The notes: generated by a model not told the origin, from the letters alone. Positions 48,560 through 59,296 are shown, numbered from the stretch's first letter. The stretch: DNA of 64,000 nucleotides from Candidatus Falkowbacteria bacterium (GCA_963774955.1 CAVZGV010000003.1:469695-533694), one strand, 5' to 3'. A program made the numbers and translations.

Positions 48560-51184
48560 ATGTTCAACCCCAATCGTTTAACCACTAAGTCACAAGAGGC
48601 TTTGCGTAATGCCCAGCAAATTGCCTTGGATAACCAAAATCAGCAGGTCGATGCCCTGCATCTTTTGGCGTCCATGCTGCTTCAGGAAGAAAGTCTGGTA
48701 GTGACCGTAGTCAAAAAATTGGAAGTTGATGTGACTGAATTAAAAAATGAGATTTTCAAGGCTATTGAAAAAACTCCAAAATTTAAGGGCGAGATAAATT
48801 TAACCCAAATGTTTTTAACCGAAGATCTGGCCCGCATTTTGGCTGGTTCTGAAAAAGAGGCCATGGACCTCAAGGATGAATATATTTCCACTGAACATTT
48901 ACTACTCTCGATGTTAAATACCAAAAGTAAAGTTAAGACCCTTTTGGAATCGTATGGTATTCAGTATGACAATGTCTTGCGCTTACTCGCCCAATTGCGT
49001 GGTTCAACTAGGATTACTGATCCTGAACCGGAATCAAAATTTCAGGTTTTGGAAAAATACGCTCAAAATTTAACCGAACAAGCGCGCCAGGAAAAACTTG
49101 ATCCTGTTATCGGTCGTGATGCGGAAATTCGCCGTGTTATGCAGGTTCTTTCCCGCCGTACAAAAAATAATCCGGTTTTAATCGGTGAAGCCGGTGTTGG
49201 TAAAACAGCCATTGCTGAAGGTTTGGCGCAAAGAATTGTAGCCGGAGATGTGCCTGAAACTTTAAAGAATAAAGAAGTAATTGCCTTAGATTTAGGTTCC
49301 CTAATTGCCGGTACAAAATTTCGAGGTGAATTTGAAGATCGACTAAAAGCTGTTTTAAAGGAAGTTGAAAATTCCAACGGCCAAATAATTTTATTTATTG
49401 ATGAATTGCATACTGTTGTCGGCGCCGGTGCAATTGAAGGTTCTATGGATGCTTCCAATATGTTAAAGCCGGCTTTGGCTCGCGGCAAACTTCATGCAGT
49501 CGGAGCCACCACATTAAAGGAATATCAAAAATATATTGAAAAAGATCCGGCCCTGGAAAGACGTTTTCAACCGGTTTTTGTGCTGGAACCTTCAATTGAA
49601 GATACAATCGCTATTTTACGCGGTATTAAAGAAAAATATGAAGTTCATCATGGTGTGAGAATTACTGACTCTGCCATTGTAGCGGCTGCAGAATTTTCTC
49701 AAAGATATATTACTGATCGCTTTTTGCCGGATAAAGCAGTTGATTTGATTGATGAAGCCACTTCTGCTCTGCGCATGGAAATAGATTCCATGCCCGATGA
49801 ATTGGATACCATGAAACGTAAAGTTATACAATTTGAAATAGAAAAAGCGGCCTTAAAAAAAGAATCCGATAAAGATAGTAAACAAAGATTGAAAGATTTG
49901 GATAAGGAACTGAATGACCTGAAGGAAAAATCCAACCAATTGGAATTGCACTGGAAAAGTGAAAAAGAAATTATTACTAAAATTCGTGAAGCAAAAAAAC
50001 AAATTGACGTTTTGAAAATTGAAGCTGATATTTTGGAAAGAAAGTCTGAATTGCAAAAGGTGGCGGAAATTCGTTACGGTAAAATTCCTGCCGTGGAAAA
50101 AGAAATTAAATCTCTGGAAAAGAAGCTGACTAATGTCCAAAAAGAACATAAAATTCTTAAAGAAGAAGTGACCGAGGAAGATATTGCCGAGGTTGTTTCC
50201 CGCTGGACAGGCATTCCTGTTTCTAAGATGTTACAGTCTGAAATGGAAAAATTAGTTCATGCCGAGGATGAATTAAAAAAGCGTGTAGTTGGCCAGGAAG
50301 AAGCCATTAACAGCTGTTGCTAATGCTATTCAGACGTTCACGAGCCGGTATCTCCGAGGAAAATAAACCAATTGGTTCTTTTATTTTTTTGGGTCCAACT
50401 GGCGTAGGTAAAACTGAATTGGCCAAAGCTTTAGCTGAATTTATGTTTAATGATGAAAATTCCATTATCAGAGTTGATATGTCAGAATACATGGAAAAGC
50501 ATGCTGTGTCGAAGATGCATCGGCTCCCCTCCAGGTTATATTGGCTATGAAGAAGGCGGACAGTTGACTGAACAAGTGCGACGACGCCCCTACTCCGTAG
50601 TTTTGTTTGATGAAATTGAAAAAGCGCATCCTGAAGTCTTTAATATTCTTTTACAACTCTTGGATGATGGCCGTTTAACAGATGCCAAAGGCCGGGTGGT
50701 AAATTTTAAAAATACTATTATTATCATGACTTCCAATTTGGGCAATCAGCTCTTGAAAGAAGTTTCCTTGGGTTTTGAAGACAAGTCGCTAAAGGGAGAA
50801 CAAAAGTTTAATGAAGATAAAATGAAGGAAGGTGTATATGAGGCTCTCAAGGCGCAGTTTAAGCCTGAATTTATCAACCGCGTAGATGAAATTATTATTT
50901 TCCATCCGCTGGGCAAAAAAGAAATTGAAAAAATTATTGATTTACAGCTGGAAATAGTAAAAAAGCGTTTGTCTGACAAGAAAATCAAACTTGAATTTAC
51001 CGAATCATTGGAAAAATATTTGGCTGAAAAAGGCTTTGATCCGCAGTTTGGTGCCAGACCGCTTAAACGAGTGATTCAAAGTGAAATTCTTGATGATCTG
51101 GCTCTGCAGATAATTGAAAATAAAATTCAAGAAGGTGCAAAAGTTAAAGTAGATGTAAGTCAGGGTAAAGTTACATTCAAGTAA
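48560..51184 (+). CDS. clpB: ATP-dependent chaperone ClpB (three +1 insertions at ~50310, ~50331 and ~50518, probably sequencing errors)
   Basis: [15 protein letters not shown], middle-domain coiled coil, [23 protein letters not shown]. Removing the three bases restores EAITAVANAIRRSRAG and KMIGSPPG. Confidence 0.95.
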
Positions 51185-51196
51185 ATTAGCTAATAT

Positions 51197-51229
51197 AAAA
51201 AGAAACCTCGAGATATGGGGTTTCTTTTT
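51197..51229 (+). terminator. Terminator after clpB
   Basis: AAAAAGAAACCTC / GGGGTTTCTTTTT. Confidence 0.75.
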
Positions 51230-51298
51230 ATGTTATTTGAATTTGTATAGATTCGTCCAGATGAAGCGGGATGACTCTTGGCGGCTTAAGCCGCTATC

Positions 51299-51535
51299 AA
51301 AAAAACGCCCTGCTACAGTACTGATGATGTACCATAGCAGGGCTAAGGAAAATGACGCAGGTTTTTGGGGCTCTTGATGTTTCCACTTGATTTTAGTCTC
51401 TGCCTTAGAGGGTGGCTTTGGTAGATTTTACGAAAGTAGATGTCCTTGGTCAGCAAACTTTATCGTAGTTTCCTACACATTACTAAAGTATTGCTGAAAG
51501 ACATACATAGTAAAAACGAACCGCCTGTGTCATGT
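51299..51535 (-). ncRNA. Candidate structured non-coding RNA (~185-nt body plus terminator; possibly 6S-like)
   Basis: Ends pair (51352-51361 with 51524-51533). Long internal hairpin. Minus-strand intrinsic terminator at 51307-51343 plus U run; -10 TAGAAT at 51542-51547; no long ORF. Confidence 0.5.
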
Positions 51536-51659
51536 ATAATCATTCTATATTAATTTATCTTATTTGAGATGGGGATAACTTTGTAAATTTAAAAATTAAA
51601 ATAATGGAAGATTATTCAAAGAATTTGAAAGTTTAATCTTTTTATGCTATTATTATCTT

Positions 51660-53063
51660 ATGAAAAAGATGAAAATTATCACAATTTTAGCCTTATTTTG
51701 TACAATATTTCTGCAAGGTTTGCCCATCAGGCCAGCCCAGGGTTTTGAGTTTGATCCGAATGATATTATTACAGATAATGAACTTTATGATTATGATAGC
51801 ATGAATATGGCTGAAATTCAGGAATTTCTAGAAAACCAGTCAGGTGTTTTGAAAAATTATTATACGAATGATTCTCATGGAAATAACATGTTAACCGCTG
51901 AAATAATTGCCAATGCAGCCTTAGAATACAAGGTAAACCCCAAGTGGATTCTAGCTACTTTGCAAAAAGAACAAAGTTTAGTCACCAATCCCCTGCCAAG
52001 CCAGCGTGATTTTGACTGGGCTATGGGCTACGCTGTTTGTGATTCCTGCTCTAAAGAAGATCCTCAAATTGCCATGTTTAAAGGTTTTGGCCAGCAGATT
52101 GACAGAGCCACCTGGAGAATAAAATATTATTATGATAATCCGCAAAAATTTAATTTCAGAGTGGGTCAAATTTACAGCATAGACGGACGTGATGTTATGA
52201 TGTTTAATCAGGCCACAGCAAATTTGTATAATTATACCCCGCATTTACACGGTAACTACAATTTTTGGAATATTTGGAATCGCTGGTTTGCCAAGATTTA
52301 CCCGGATGGTACATTATTAAAACAAGCTGGAGCTGCTGGGGTTTGGTTGGTTGAAAACGGTCAGCGTCGTCCTTTTTGGTCCAAAACAGCCTTGATTTCA
52401 CGTTATGATGAAAGCAAAGTTATAGAAGTCAGTAAAAATGATCTGCAACGATACACTATTGGTTATCCTATTAAATACCCGAATTATTCCCTGCTTCAAT
52501 CACCCAGTGGTCAAATTTATTTAATTGTTAATAATGAAAAAAAGGAAATTGAATCTGATGAAGTTTTTAAATCAATCGGTTATAACCCTGATGAAGTAAT
52601 TCCGGTTGCAGATGACGAATTAGTTCATTATGAATCTGGCCGTAAAATTACGCTGGAAAGTATATATCCGCAAGGAGCCTTGCTCCAGGATAATAAAACA
52701 GGCGGGGTCTACTACGTAGAAGACGGAATTAAATATCCGGTCTTATCCAAAGAAATTTTAAGAATCAACTATGCCAAATATATCTTAACAAAAGTTTCGG
52801 TTGATGAACTTAATAAATATGTAACCGCTGCCAATGGCGTCAAATTGAAAGACGGCACCTTAATCGCCATGGCCAATGAGCCAAAAGTATTTGTAATTTC
52901 CAATGGCCAGCGTCGCTGGATAGCTAATGAAAGTACTTTTAACCAACTTGGTTATGAGTGGACTGATATCGTAACTGTGACTGAAAAAGTATTGAGTTTA
53001 CACCCTGAAGGCGATAAACTTGATTCTCTGGTTCAAACTGATACTAAAATGGCCACTAATTAA
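51660..53063 (+). CDS. Secreted protein: lysozyme-like N-terminal domain + repeated beta modules
   Basis: Signal peptide; VNPKWILATLQKEQS...ATANLYNYTPH; four GTL..VYxxxxGxxR-type repeats. Confidence 0.6.
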   Translation: MKKMKIITILALFCTIFLQGLPIRPAQGFEFDPNDIITDNELYDYDSMNMAEIQEFLENQSGVLKNYYTNDSHGNNMLTAEIIANAALEYKVNPKWILATLQKEQSLVTNPLPSQRDFDWAMGYAVCDSCSKEDPQIAMFKGFGQQIDRATWRIKYYYDNPQKFNFRVGQIYSIDGRDVMMFNQATANLYNYTPHLHGNYNFWNIWNRWFAKIYPDGTLLKQAGAAGVWLVENGQRRPFWSKTALISRYDESKVIEVSKNDLQRYTIGYPIKYPNYSLLQSPSGQIYLIVNNEKKEIESDEVFKSIGYNPDEVIPVADDELVHYESGRKITLESIYPQGALLQDNKTGGVYYVEDGIKYPVLSKEILRINYAKYILTKVSVDELNKYVTAANGVKLKDGTLIAMANEPKVFVISNGQRRWIANESTFNQLGYEWTDIVTVTEKVLSLHPEGDKLDSLVQTDTKMATN

Positions 53064-53090
53064 ATTTTTAATATCTCTAACCCCTTCAAT

Positions 53091-53879
53091 ATGCTAGTTT
53101 TTTCTGCCATTTGTCCTCATCCTCCGATTTTAATCCCGACTATTGGCAAGGACAATATTAAAAAAATTAAAAATACAGTTGAAGCCATGAAAAAGCTGGA
53201 ACAGGATCTTTATGCGGCTAAACCTGAAGTAATAATAATTATTTCTCCGCATGGCGAAATGATCCCGGATGCATTTTGTGTGAATTTAAATGCCAATTAT
53301 AGTGCGAATTTTGAAGATTTTGGAGATTTTACTACCAAGCTTGAATTTAAAAGCAGTCCCATGTTGGCTTTGAAAATCAAAGAAAGAGTAGAAGATGAAT
53401 TGCCGATTGTCTTATCGAGTACGGAAAAATTAGATCATGGCGCAACCGTGCCGTTATTTTATTTGACTAAGCATTTGAAGGATATTGAAATTATACCAAT
53501 TAGTTATAGTTTTTTAGATTATAATACCCATTTTCAATTTGGCCAGCTGCTTAAAAAAGAAATTGCCAAAAGCGAAAAAAGAGTTGCCATCATTGCTTCA
53601 GGCGATATGTCTCACTGTTTAATTAAAGGCGCGCCGGCAGGATATTCACCCAAAGGTGCTGAATTTGACAAGGAATTTCAGGCTTTATTAAAACGAAAGG
53701 ATATTCCAGGAATTTTAAAAATGAAACCAAAGCTGATCGAAGAGGCGGCTGAGTGCGGTTTTCGCTCATTTGCGATATTATTCGGAGTTATTGAAGAATA
53801 TAAATTTGAAGTCGATATTCTGTCTTACGAAGGTCCTTTTGGCGTCGGTTATATGGTTACAAATTTCAGAATTATTTAA
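53091..53879 (+). CDS. amrB: AmmeMemoRadiSam system protein B (MEMO1/LigB-like)
   Basis: PHPPILIP, ISPH, LDHG, ASGDMSH, ECG, SYEGPFGVGY. Confidence 0.9.
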   Translation: MLVFSAICPHPPILIPTIGKDNIKKIKNTVEAMKKLEQDLYAAKPEVIIIISPHGEMIPDAFCVNLNANYSANFEDFGDFTTKLEFKSSPMLALKIKERVEDELPIVLSSTEKLDHGATVPLFYLTKHLKDIEIIPISYSFLDYNTHFQFGQLLKKEIAKSEKRVAIIASGDMSHCLIKGAPAGYSPKGAEFDKEFQALLKRKDIPGILKMKPKLIEEAAECGFRSFAILFGVIEEYKFEVDILSYEGPFGVGYMVTNFRII

Positions 53880-53964
53880 AACAACCTTATATAATAAACA
53901 CATTCAGAGGCGGTTACTTAAATCGCCTCTTCGTTTTTATAAAAATATCTGATATATTTTAACT

Positions 53965-54477
53965 ATGAATACTTATACTAAATTGGCCAAAGATACAATT
54001 GAACACTATCTAAAATCAGGCAAAACAATGGCTGTGCCTGAAGGTTTGCCCAAAGAACTGCTTTTAGCTAAAGCCGGTGTTTTTGTTTCCTTGCATCGAC
54101 TGGGCCAATTACGCGGTTGTATCGGCACTTTGCAGGCAACAACCGATAGTATTGCCCAAGAAATAATGCAAAATGCTTTATCAGCTGCACTGGAAGATCC
54201 GCGTTTTAAACCCCTCGAGGCTAATGAATTGGCTGATCTGGAAATATCCGTTGATATTTTAAATCACGCTGTATTAATCAAAGATAGGCAGGAATTGGAT
54301 ATAAAAAAATACGGTATTATTTGTCAGTCAGGTTATAAAAAGGGGTTGCTATTACCAGATATTGAAGGCGTGGATTCGGTTGAACAACAAATCGAGATTG
54401 CCTGTCAAAAAGGCGGGATCAATCCCCTGCGAGATAAATTTGAGATTTATAAATTTACAGTCACGCGTCATGAATAA
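53965..54477 (+). CDS. amrA: AmmeMemoRadiSam system protein A (AMMECR1)
   Basis: GVFVSL, LRGCIGT, EDPRF, GLLLP. Confidence 0.95.
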   Translation: MNTYTKLAKDTIEHYLKSGKTMAVPEGLPKELLLAKAGVFVSLHRLGQLRGCIGTLQATTDSIAQEIMQNALSAALEDPRFKPLEANELADLEISVDILNHAVLIKDRQELDIKKYGIICQSGYKKGLLLPDIEGVDSVEQQIEIACQKGGINPLRDKFEIYKFTVTRHE

Positions 54478-56368
54478 AATCGCACAAATTATTCCGGCCG
54501 TACGATTAAAGCGCAGTCTGAATTATTTCGATTATTTAATCCCGGATGAGCTTGCTGCTCAAATTAAAATCGGCCAACTCGTAGAAATCCCCTTTCGTAA
54601 CCAAGTAGTTAAAGGGGTTGTTTTAAATTTACAAGAAAAATCTGATTCCAAATACGCTTTAAAAACTATTATAAAAATCATTGATTCTCTGCCATATTTA
54701 GCGCCCTGGCAACTGGAATTAATCAAATTTATGGCTGAATATTATTTTGTTTCCATGGCCATGGTTTTAAAAATGATGTTACCGGAAATTCCTAAAAGGA
54801 AATCTGAAAGATGTAAGGAAATGAAAATTGAATTTGTTTCAGGTCCTTTAATGAAAATTGCTGTGCCGGATATTGTACTTTCTGAAAAGCCTCTGCTTTT
54901 GTCCTATGCTGATTGGGAAAATAAAATTAGCGTATATTCGCATATCATCAAAAACAATATCAGCCAAAACAAGCAGACAGTCATTATCGTTCCGGAATTG
55001 AATAATTTGGAGCAAATTTATAAATACCTCGGAGAGTACAATGGCAGTATTAGCGTTTTATTAAATGATTTGTCGAAAAATAAATTTTGGCAGGAATGGC
55101 TGAAAATAAAAAATGGTCAGTCAAATATTATTCTGGGTACCAGAAGCGCTATTTTCGCTCCCTTTAAAAATTTAGGTACTATAATTATTGACGAAGAAGA
55201 TAATGTTAACCATAAACAGGAAGAACCAAATCCAAGATATAATGCCAAGACCATTGCTTTAAAAATCGCCGATTTAACAGGAGCTAAACTAATTTTCAGC
55301 GCTATGACTCCGTCCCTTAATTCATTATTCAAAGTTCAAACTAAACAATGGGATTACTGGCAAATTGATCAGCCAAAAGAATTGCCGCAAATTACAATAA
55401 TTGACCGACAGGAAGAATTCAGAAAGGGCAATTATTCTATTTTTAGTGAGAAATTACTGCAAAGTTTGGCCAATAATCTGAGCCAAAAAAAGCCAAGCTT
55501 TTTATTTTTAAACCGTAAAGGATCGGCGACTTTAGTTACTTGCCAGGATTGCGGCTATATTGCTGTTTGTCCCACCTGCAAATTGCCGTTAACCTATTAT
55601 AAAAAAAGCGAAGAACTCCATTGTCATCATTGCCAGTATAAAACGCCGAATCTCTTAAGCTGTCCTCAATGTAAAGGTACAGCCATTAAACTAACCGGAA
55701 GCGGGACGGAAAAGGCGGAAAATGAAATAAAAAAAGAGTTTCCTCAAGGTAAAATTATTGTTTTTGATCAGGAGCATGCGCAGTCCGTCAATTTAATGAA
55801 TGCTGATATAATTATTGGTACTCAGTTTGCCTTAAATTATATTGACTGGTCAAGCATTCAGACCACAGGTGTACTAAATGCCGATATCGGTTTATATTCG
55901 GCAGATTATCGGAGTTTGGAGGTTACTTTTAATCTATTGACAAAATTAGCATATTTTTTACCTGATCAGAACAAAGACTTGATTTGTCAGACCTTTTCAC
56001 CGGATAATTATATTTTTCAGACCTTTAAAAACAACAATTTGAAGAGATTTTATCAAAAAGAAATGCAGGAGCGTAAAACTTTAAAATACCCGCCTTTTGC
56101 CAAATTAGTAAAAATAATCTATCAAAGTATTGATTTTAACGGCGGGCAGGAGGAAATCAATGAGGTTTACCAGTTTATAAAAGCACAAATTGCCGATAAC
56201 CAAAATTTTATAATCAATCCCCCGCTTTTGGCTTACACCCGGCAGGTACGCGGACGTTTCCGCTGGCAGCTGGCCATTAAAATTTTACAGCCTGGAGTAA
56301 ATTTAGACTTTTTAAATCAACTGCCGGATTCAGTCATTATCGACATAGATCCTGAAAATTTAAATTAA
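54470..56368 (+). CDS. priA: Primosomal protein N' (PriA) with degenerate Walker A
   Basis: FDYLIP, GTRSAIFAP, IIIDEE, LNRKG, CxxC zinc motifs, YPPF; no GxTGSGKT. Confidence 0.9.
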   Translation: MNKIAQIIPAVRLKRSLNYFDYLIPDELAAQIKIGQLVEIPFRNQVVKGVVLNLQEKSDSKYALKTIIKIIDSLPYLAPWQLELIKFMAEYYFVSMAMVLKMMLPEIPKRKSERCKEMKIEFVSGPLMKIAVPDIVLSEKPLLLSYADWENKISVYSHIIKNNISQNKQTVIIVPELNNLEQIYKYLGEYNGSISVLLNDLSKNKFWQEWLKIKNGQSNIILGTRSAIFAPFKNLGTIIIDEEDNVNHKQEEPNPRYNAKTIALKIADLTGAKLIFSAMTPSLNSLFKVQTKQWDYWQIDQPKELPQITIIDRQEEFRKGNYSIFSEKLLQSLANNLSQKKPSFLFLNRKGSATLVTCQDCGYIAVCPTCKLPLTYYKKSEELHCHHCQYKTPNLLSCPQCKGTAIKLTGSGTEKAENEIKKEFPQGKIIVFDQEHAQSVNLMNADIIIGTQFALNYIDWSSIQTTGVLNADIGLYSADYRSLEVTFNLLTKLAYFLPDQNKDLICQTFSPDNYIFQTFKNNNLKRFYQKEMQERKTLKYPPFAKLVKIIYQSIDFNGGQEEINEVYQFIKAQIADNQNFIINPPLLAYTRQVRGRFRWQLAIKILQPGVNLDFLNQLPDSVIIDIDPENLN

Positions 56369-56409
56369 AAAAACCCGCTCCGAGTTACGGAACGGGATAA
56401 GATGAGGCT

Positions 56410-57018
56410 TTAAGCCCTTGACGACGCTTGACTTGTGAGTGTTGGTTCACTCTTGTCATCATCCGGTTTGGCTGGCCAATAGACCAGATCAGTGTCCAAG
56501 AGGTCATTTAGTAAAATGACTTCGCCAAGATTTGCCAGTTCTGCGGCAATATTGGCTTTAGCACTGATGATGATGATATTTTTTCCGCTGGCTTTTACTC
56601 TTTCCAGGATGAACTGATAATCACCATCGCCTGAAAAGAAAACCAGGGTATCAAAATCATCATTATGAAGATGTTCCATCAGGTGAATGGTTATCATCTG
56701 ATCTGTCCGACTTTTAGTCATTTTACTGCGGGAGGCTACAGCTCGTTGATAGATTTTCTTGGGGACAATAATGATTTCATAGCCTCTTTTTTCCATGGTC
56801 TTCAAAAAACTGTTTTCATGATTAAAATCCGGCATTAAAGTGACTTCATCGACATATTCATCAGAAAAAATCTTTTTCTTAACAATTACATTCTGGTTAA
56901 GGGCTTCAATTTCTCTTTCTAAAGCTGAAAAGCTGACCCTGATTCCCAAATCATTGGTCGATCCTTTTAAATTTGGCCCATCAATAATAAAGATTACTCT
57001 GTTGGTCTGGTTTTCCAC
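56410..57018 (-). CDS. NYN (LabA/DUF88) domain protein
   Basis: IDGPN, TDQMI, SGDGDY; SD AGGAGG and GTG start. Confidence 0.88.
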   Translation of the reverse strand: MENQTNRVIFIIDGPNLKGSTNDLGIRVSFSALEREIEALNQNVIVKKKIFSDEYVDEVTLMPDFNHENSFLKTMEKRGYEIIIVPKKIYQRAVASRSKMTKSRTDQMITIHLMEHLHNDDFDTLVFFSGDGDYQFILERVKASGKNIIIISAKANIAAELANLGEVILLNDLLDTDLVYWPAKPDDDKSEPTLTSQASSRA

Positions 57019-57193
57019 GAATTATACCTCCTGATAGGAACTTTTTAAATTTTTGAGATTGCAAGGTGCTCTGATTATATTATACCCCAAATAGTTAGGT
57101 AGGTCAAATAAATAACCCTGATAATTATTTTAAAAAAGTATAAAAAAACCCCGGAATTTTTTCCGGGATTTGAAATTGTTGATTTGATCATCT

Positions 57194-57718
57194 TTAAGTT
57201 TGAAGAAGCAGAACAGAATCTTTCCGTATTTTATCAAGTCTGACAGCGTGAGGAGTTATTTTTATCAGCGCGCTTGATAAGCTAGCTGACGTAGAATAGA
57301 TGCGGATTTTTTTGCCGGCATCAACGACTTTTTGTAAAACAAAGCGATAATCGCTGTCACCGGTAAAGAAAAGCAGGGTGTCAAACTCTTCCTTGAGCAG
57401 ATGTTCCATTAGGTGAATAGTTATCATCTGGTCAGTACCGCTTTTATAATTCCGGCCGCTGATCTGTCCAGAAATTCCGTAAATATGCAAGGGTACGGGA
57501 ATAAGTTCAAATCCCATTTTAGACAACGCCACATAAAAATAGTTTTGCGTGTCTTCCCCCGGCATTTCGTCAAAAAATAATTTAAGAATAGGCATTTCAG
57601 GATTATTCTCGCCGATTATTTTCAGCAGTTCGCCGAAATTAAAATGTAATTTGGACTTTTTCATCGAGTAATGAAAATTCGGACCGTCAATGATAACCAG
57701 CACCCGCTTATACTCCAT
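57194..57718 (-). CDS. NYN (LabA/DUF88) domain protein, paralogue
   Basis: IDGPN, TDQMITIHLMEHL, TGDSDY. Confidence 0.88.
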   Translation of the reverse strand: MEYKRVLVIIDGPNFHYSMKKSKLHFNFGELLKIIGENNPEMPILKLFFDEMPGEDTQNYFYVALSKMGFELIPVPLHIYGISGQISGRNYKSGTDQMITIHLMEHLLKEEFDTLLFFTGDSDYRFVLQKVVDAGKKIRIYSTSASLSSALIKITPHAVRLDKIRKDSVLLLQT

Positions 57719-57801
57719 AATTCCCCCTTCCTCTTGATATATGTGGCTTTTTATGTTACTATAAAGAACATAATAGTTAAATATAGCTGATTCAAAATAT
57801 T

Positions 57802-58239
57802 ATGTCAAGTTTACCTATAATTAAAGAACCAAATCCTATATTAAAGCAAAAATCCGCTAAAATAAAGGATATAACCCCTCAAATCAAAAGGCTTATTTTA
57901 GATATGGCCGAAACCATGAAATCAGCGGAAGGCATTGGTTTGGCGGCTCCGCAAGTGGGTCAAAATATCCGTTTGTGCCTGATAAATACAGCTAATGGCC
58001 CTTTAGCCATGATTAATCCGCTGATAACCAAAAAATCATTGCGGAAAACCGTGGAAGAAGAAGGTTGTCTATCCTGCCCAAATTCCTTTGTTAAAGTTAA
58101 GCGATCGAAAATAATTTACGTTAAATGCCTGGATCAGGACGCTAAAGAATTATCATTTCGCGCCGAAGATCTTTTTGCCCGGGTGATTCAGCATGAGGTT
58201 GATCATTTGGACGGAATATTGATTATAGATAAAAAGTAG
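57802..58239 (+). CDS. def: Peptide deformylase
   Basis: GIGLAAPQ, EGCLS, QHEVDHLDG. Confidence 0.97.
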   Translation: MSSLPIIKEPNPILKQKSAKIKDITPQIKRLILDMAETMKSAEGIGLAAPQVGQNIRLCLINTANGPLAMINPLITKKSLRKTVEEEGCLSCPNSFVKVKRSKIIYVKCLDQDAKELSFRAEDLFARVIQHEVDHLDGILIIDKK

Positions 58240-58270
58240 ATTTTAGGTTTTAGATTATAGATTTTAGCTT

Positions 58271-59215
58271 ATGAAGAATGGGTTAAAACAACTTAAAGTA
58301 ATCTTTATGGGTACACCTGATTTTAGTGTGCCTTCTTTATTGTCTTTGATAAATAATTCAAACGTCATTGCTGTAGTTACTCAGCCGGATAAGAAAGTTG
58401 GGCGCAAACAGGCAATTACTCCAGCACCTATAAAAAAAGTTGCGTTGGAACATAAAATTGAAGTTTTACAGCCGGAAAAGATTAAAGGCAACGCTAATTT
58501 TGAAAAACAAATTAAAGATTTACAGCCGGATTTAATCGTAGTCGTAGCTTATGGTTTTATATTACCTCAGGAAATTTTAGATATTCCCAAATATGGTGTT
58601 ATAAACGTGCATGCATCGTTACTGCCAAAATATCGCGGCGCTTCCCCTATCCAGTCGGCGATTTTGAACGGCGACCAGGAAACAGGTGTGAGCCTTATGC
58701 TGATTGATGATCAAATGGATCATGGTCCAGTACTTACGCAAGAGTCTCTAAAAATAAATGATAATGATACCTTTGAATCTTTGCATGATAAATTGGCTCA
58801 GTTAGGTGCTGATTTACTGGCTGAAACTTTGCCTAAATATATAAAAGGAAGCATTAAGCCAGTTACTCAAAACGAAAAAGATGCTACTTATTGCCAATTA
58901 ATAAAAAAAGAAGATGGTAAAATTGACTGGACTAAGTCCGCTGAAGAAATTGAACGTCAAGTCAGGGCATTTAACCCTTGGCCAGGCGTTTTTACTTTCT
59001 GGAAAGGTAAACAGTTAAAAGTTATAAAGTCTAAAGTTATAAAGTCTAAGGAACATAATGTTGGAGAAATTTTTAAGGATAATGAAATGTTGGCAGTTGC
59101 TTGCGGTAAAGATACTTTAGAAATACTGGAATTACAAATAGAAGGAAAGAAACAGATGAGCGCAAAGGAATTTTTAAATGGATATTCTGAAATTATTGGA
59201 GCAATTTTAAAGTAA
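58271..59215 (+). CDS. fmt: Methionyl-tRNA formyltransferase
   Basis: FMGTPDF, VTQPD, NVHASLLPKYRGASP. Confidence 0.97.
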   Translation: MKNGLKQLKVIFMGTPDFSVPSLLSLINNSNVIAVVTQPDKKVGRKQAITPAPIKKVALEHKIEVLQPEKIKGNANFEKQIKDLQPDLIVVVAYGFILPQEILDIPKYGVINVHASLLPKYRGASPIQSAILNGDQETGVSLMLIDDQMDHGPVLTQESLKINDNDTFESLHDKLAQLGADLLAETLPKYIKGSIKPVTQNEKDATYCQLIKKEDGKIDWTKSAEEIERQVRAFNPWPGVFTFWKGKQLKVIKSKVIKSKEHNVGEIFKDNEMLAVACGKDTLEILELQIEGKKQMSAKEFLNGYSEIIGAILK

Positions 59216-59221
59216 AGCGTT

Positions 59222-59296
59222 TTTTGTCATACCGACCGAAGCGGAGGTATCCCTTAGTAATTTAGGGATTTCTCGATTTCGCCCGAAATGACAAAA
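59222..59296. repeat. Palindromic REP-like element (TGTCAT...ATGACA type)
   Basis: TTTTGTCAT-ACCGACCGAAGCGGAG-GTATCCCT...AGGGAT-TTCTCG...CCGAA-ATGACAAAA. Confidence 0.7.

Noticed and set aside
48560-51184. clpB as a true pseudogene or as three genes
   Set aside because: Promoter, CIRCE and all motifs are intact; removing three single bases gives one canonical ORF.
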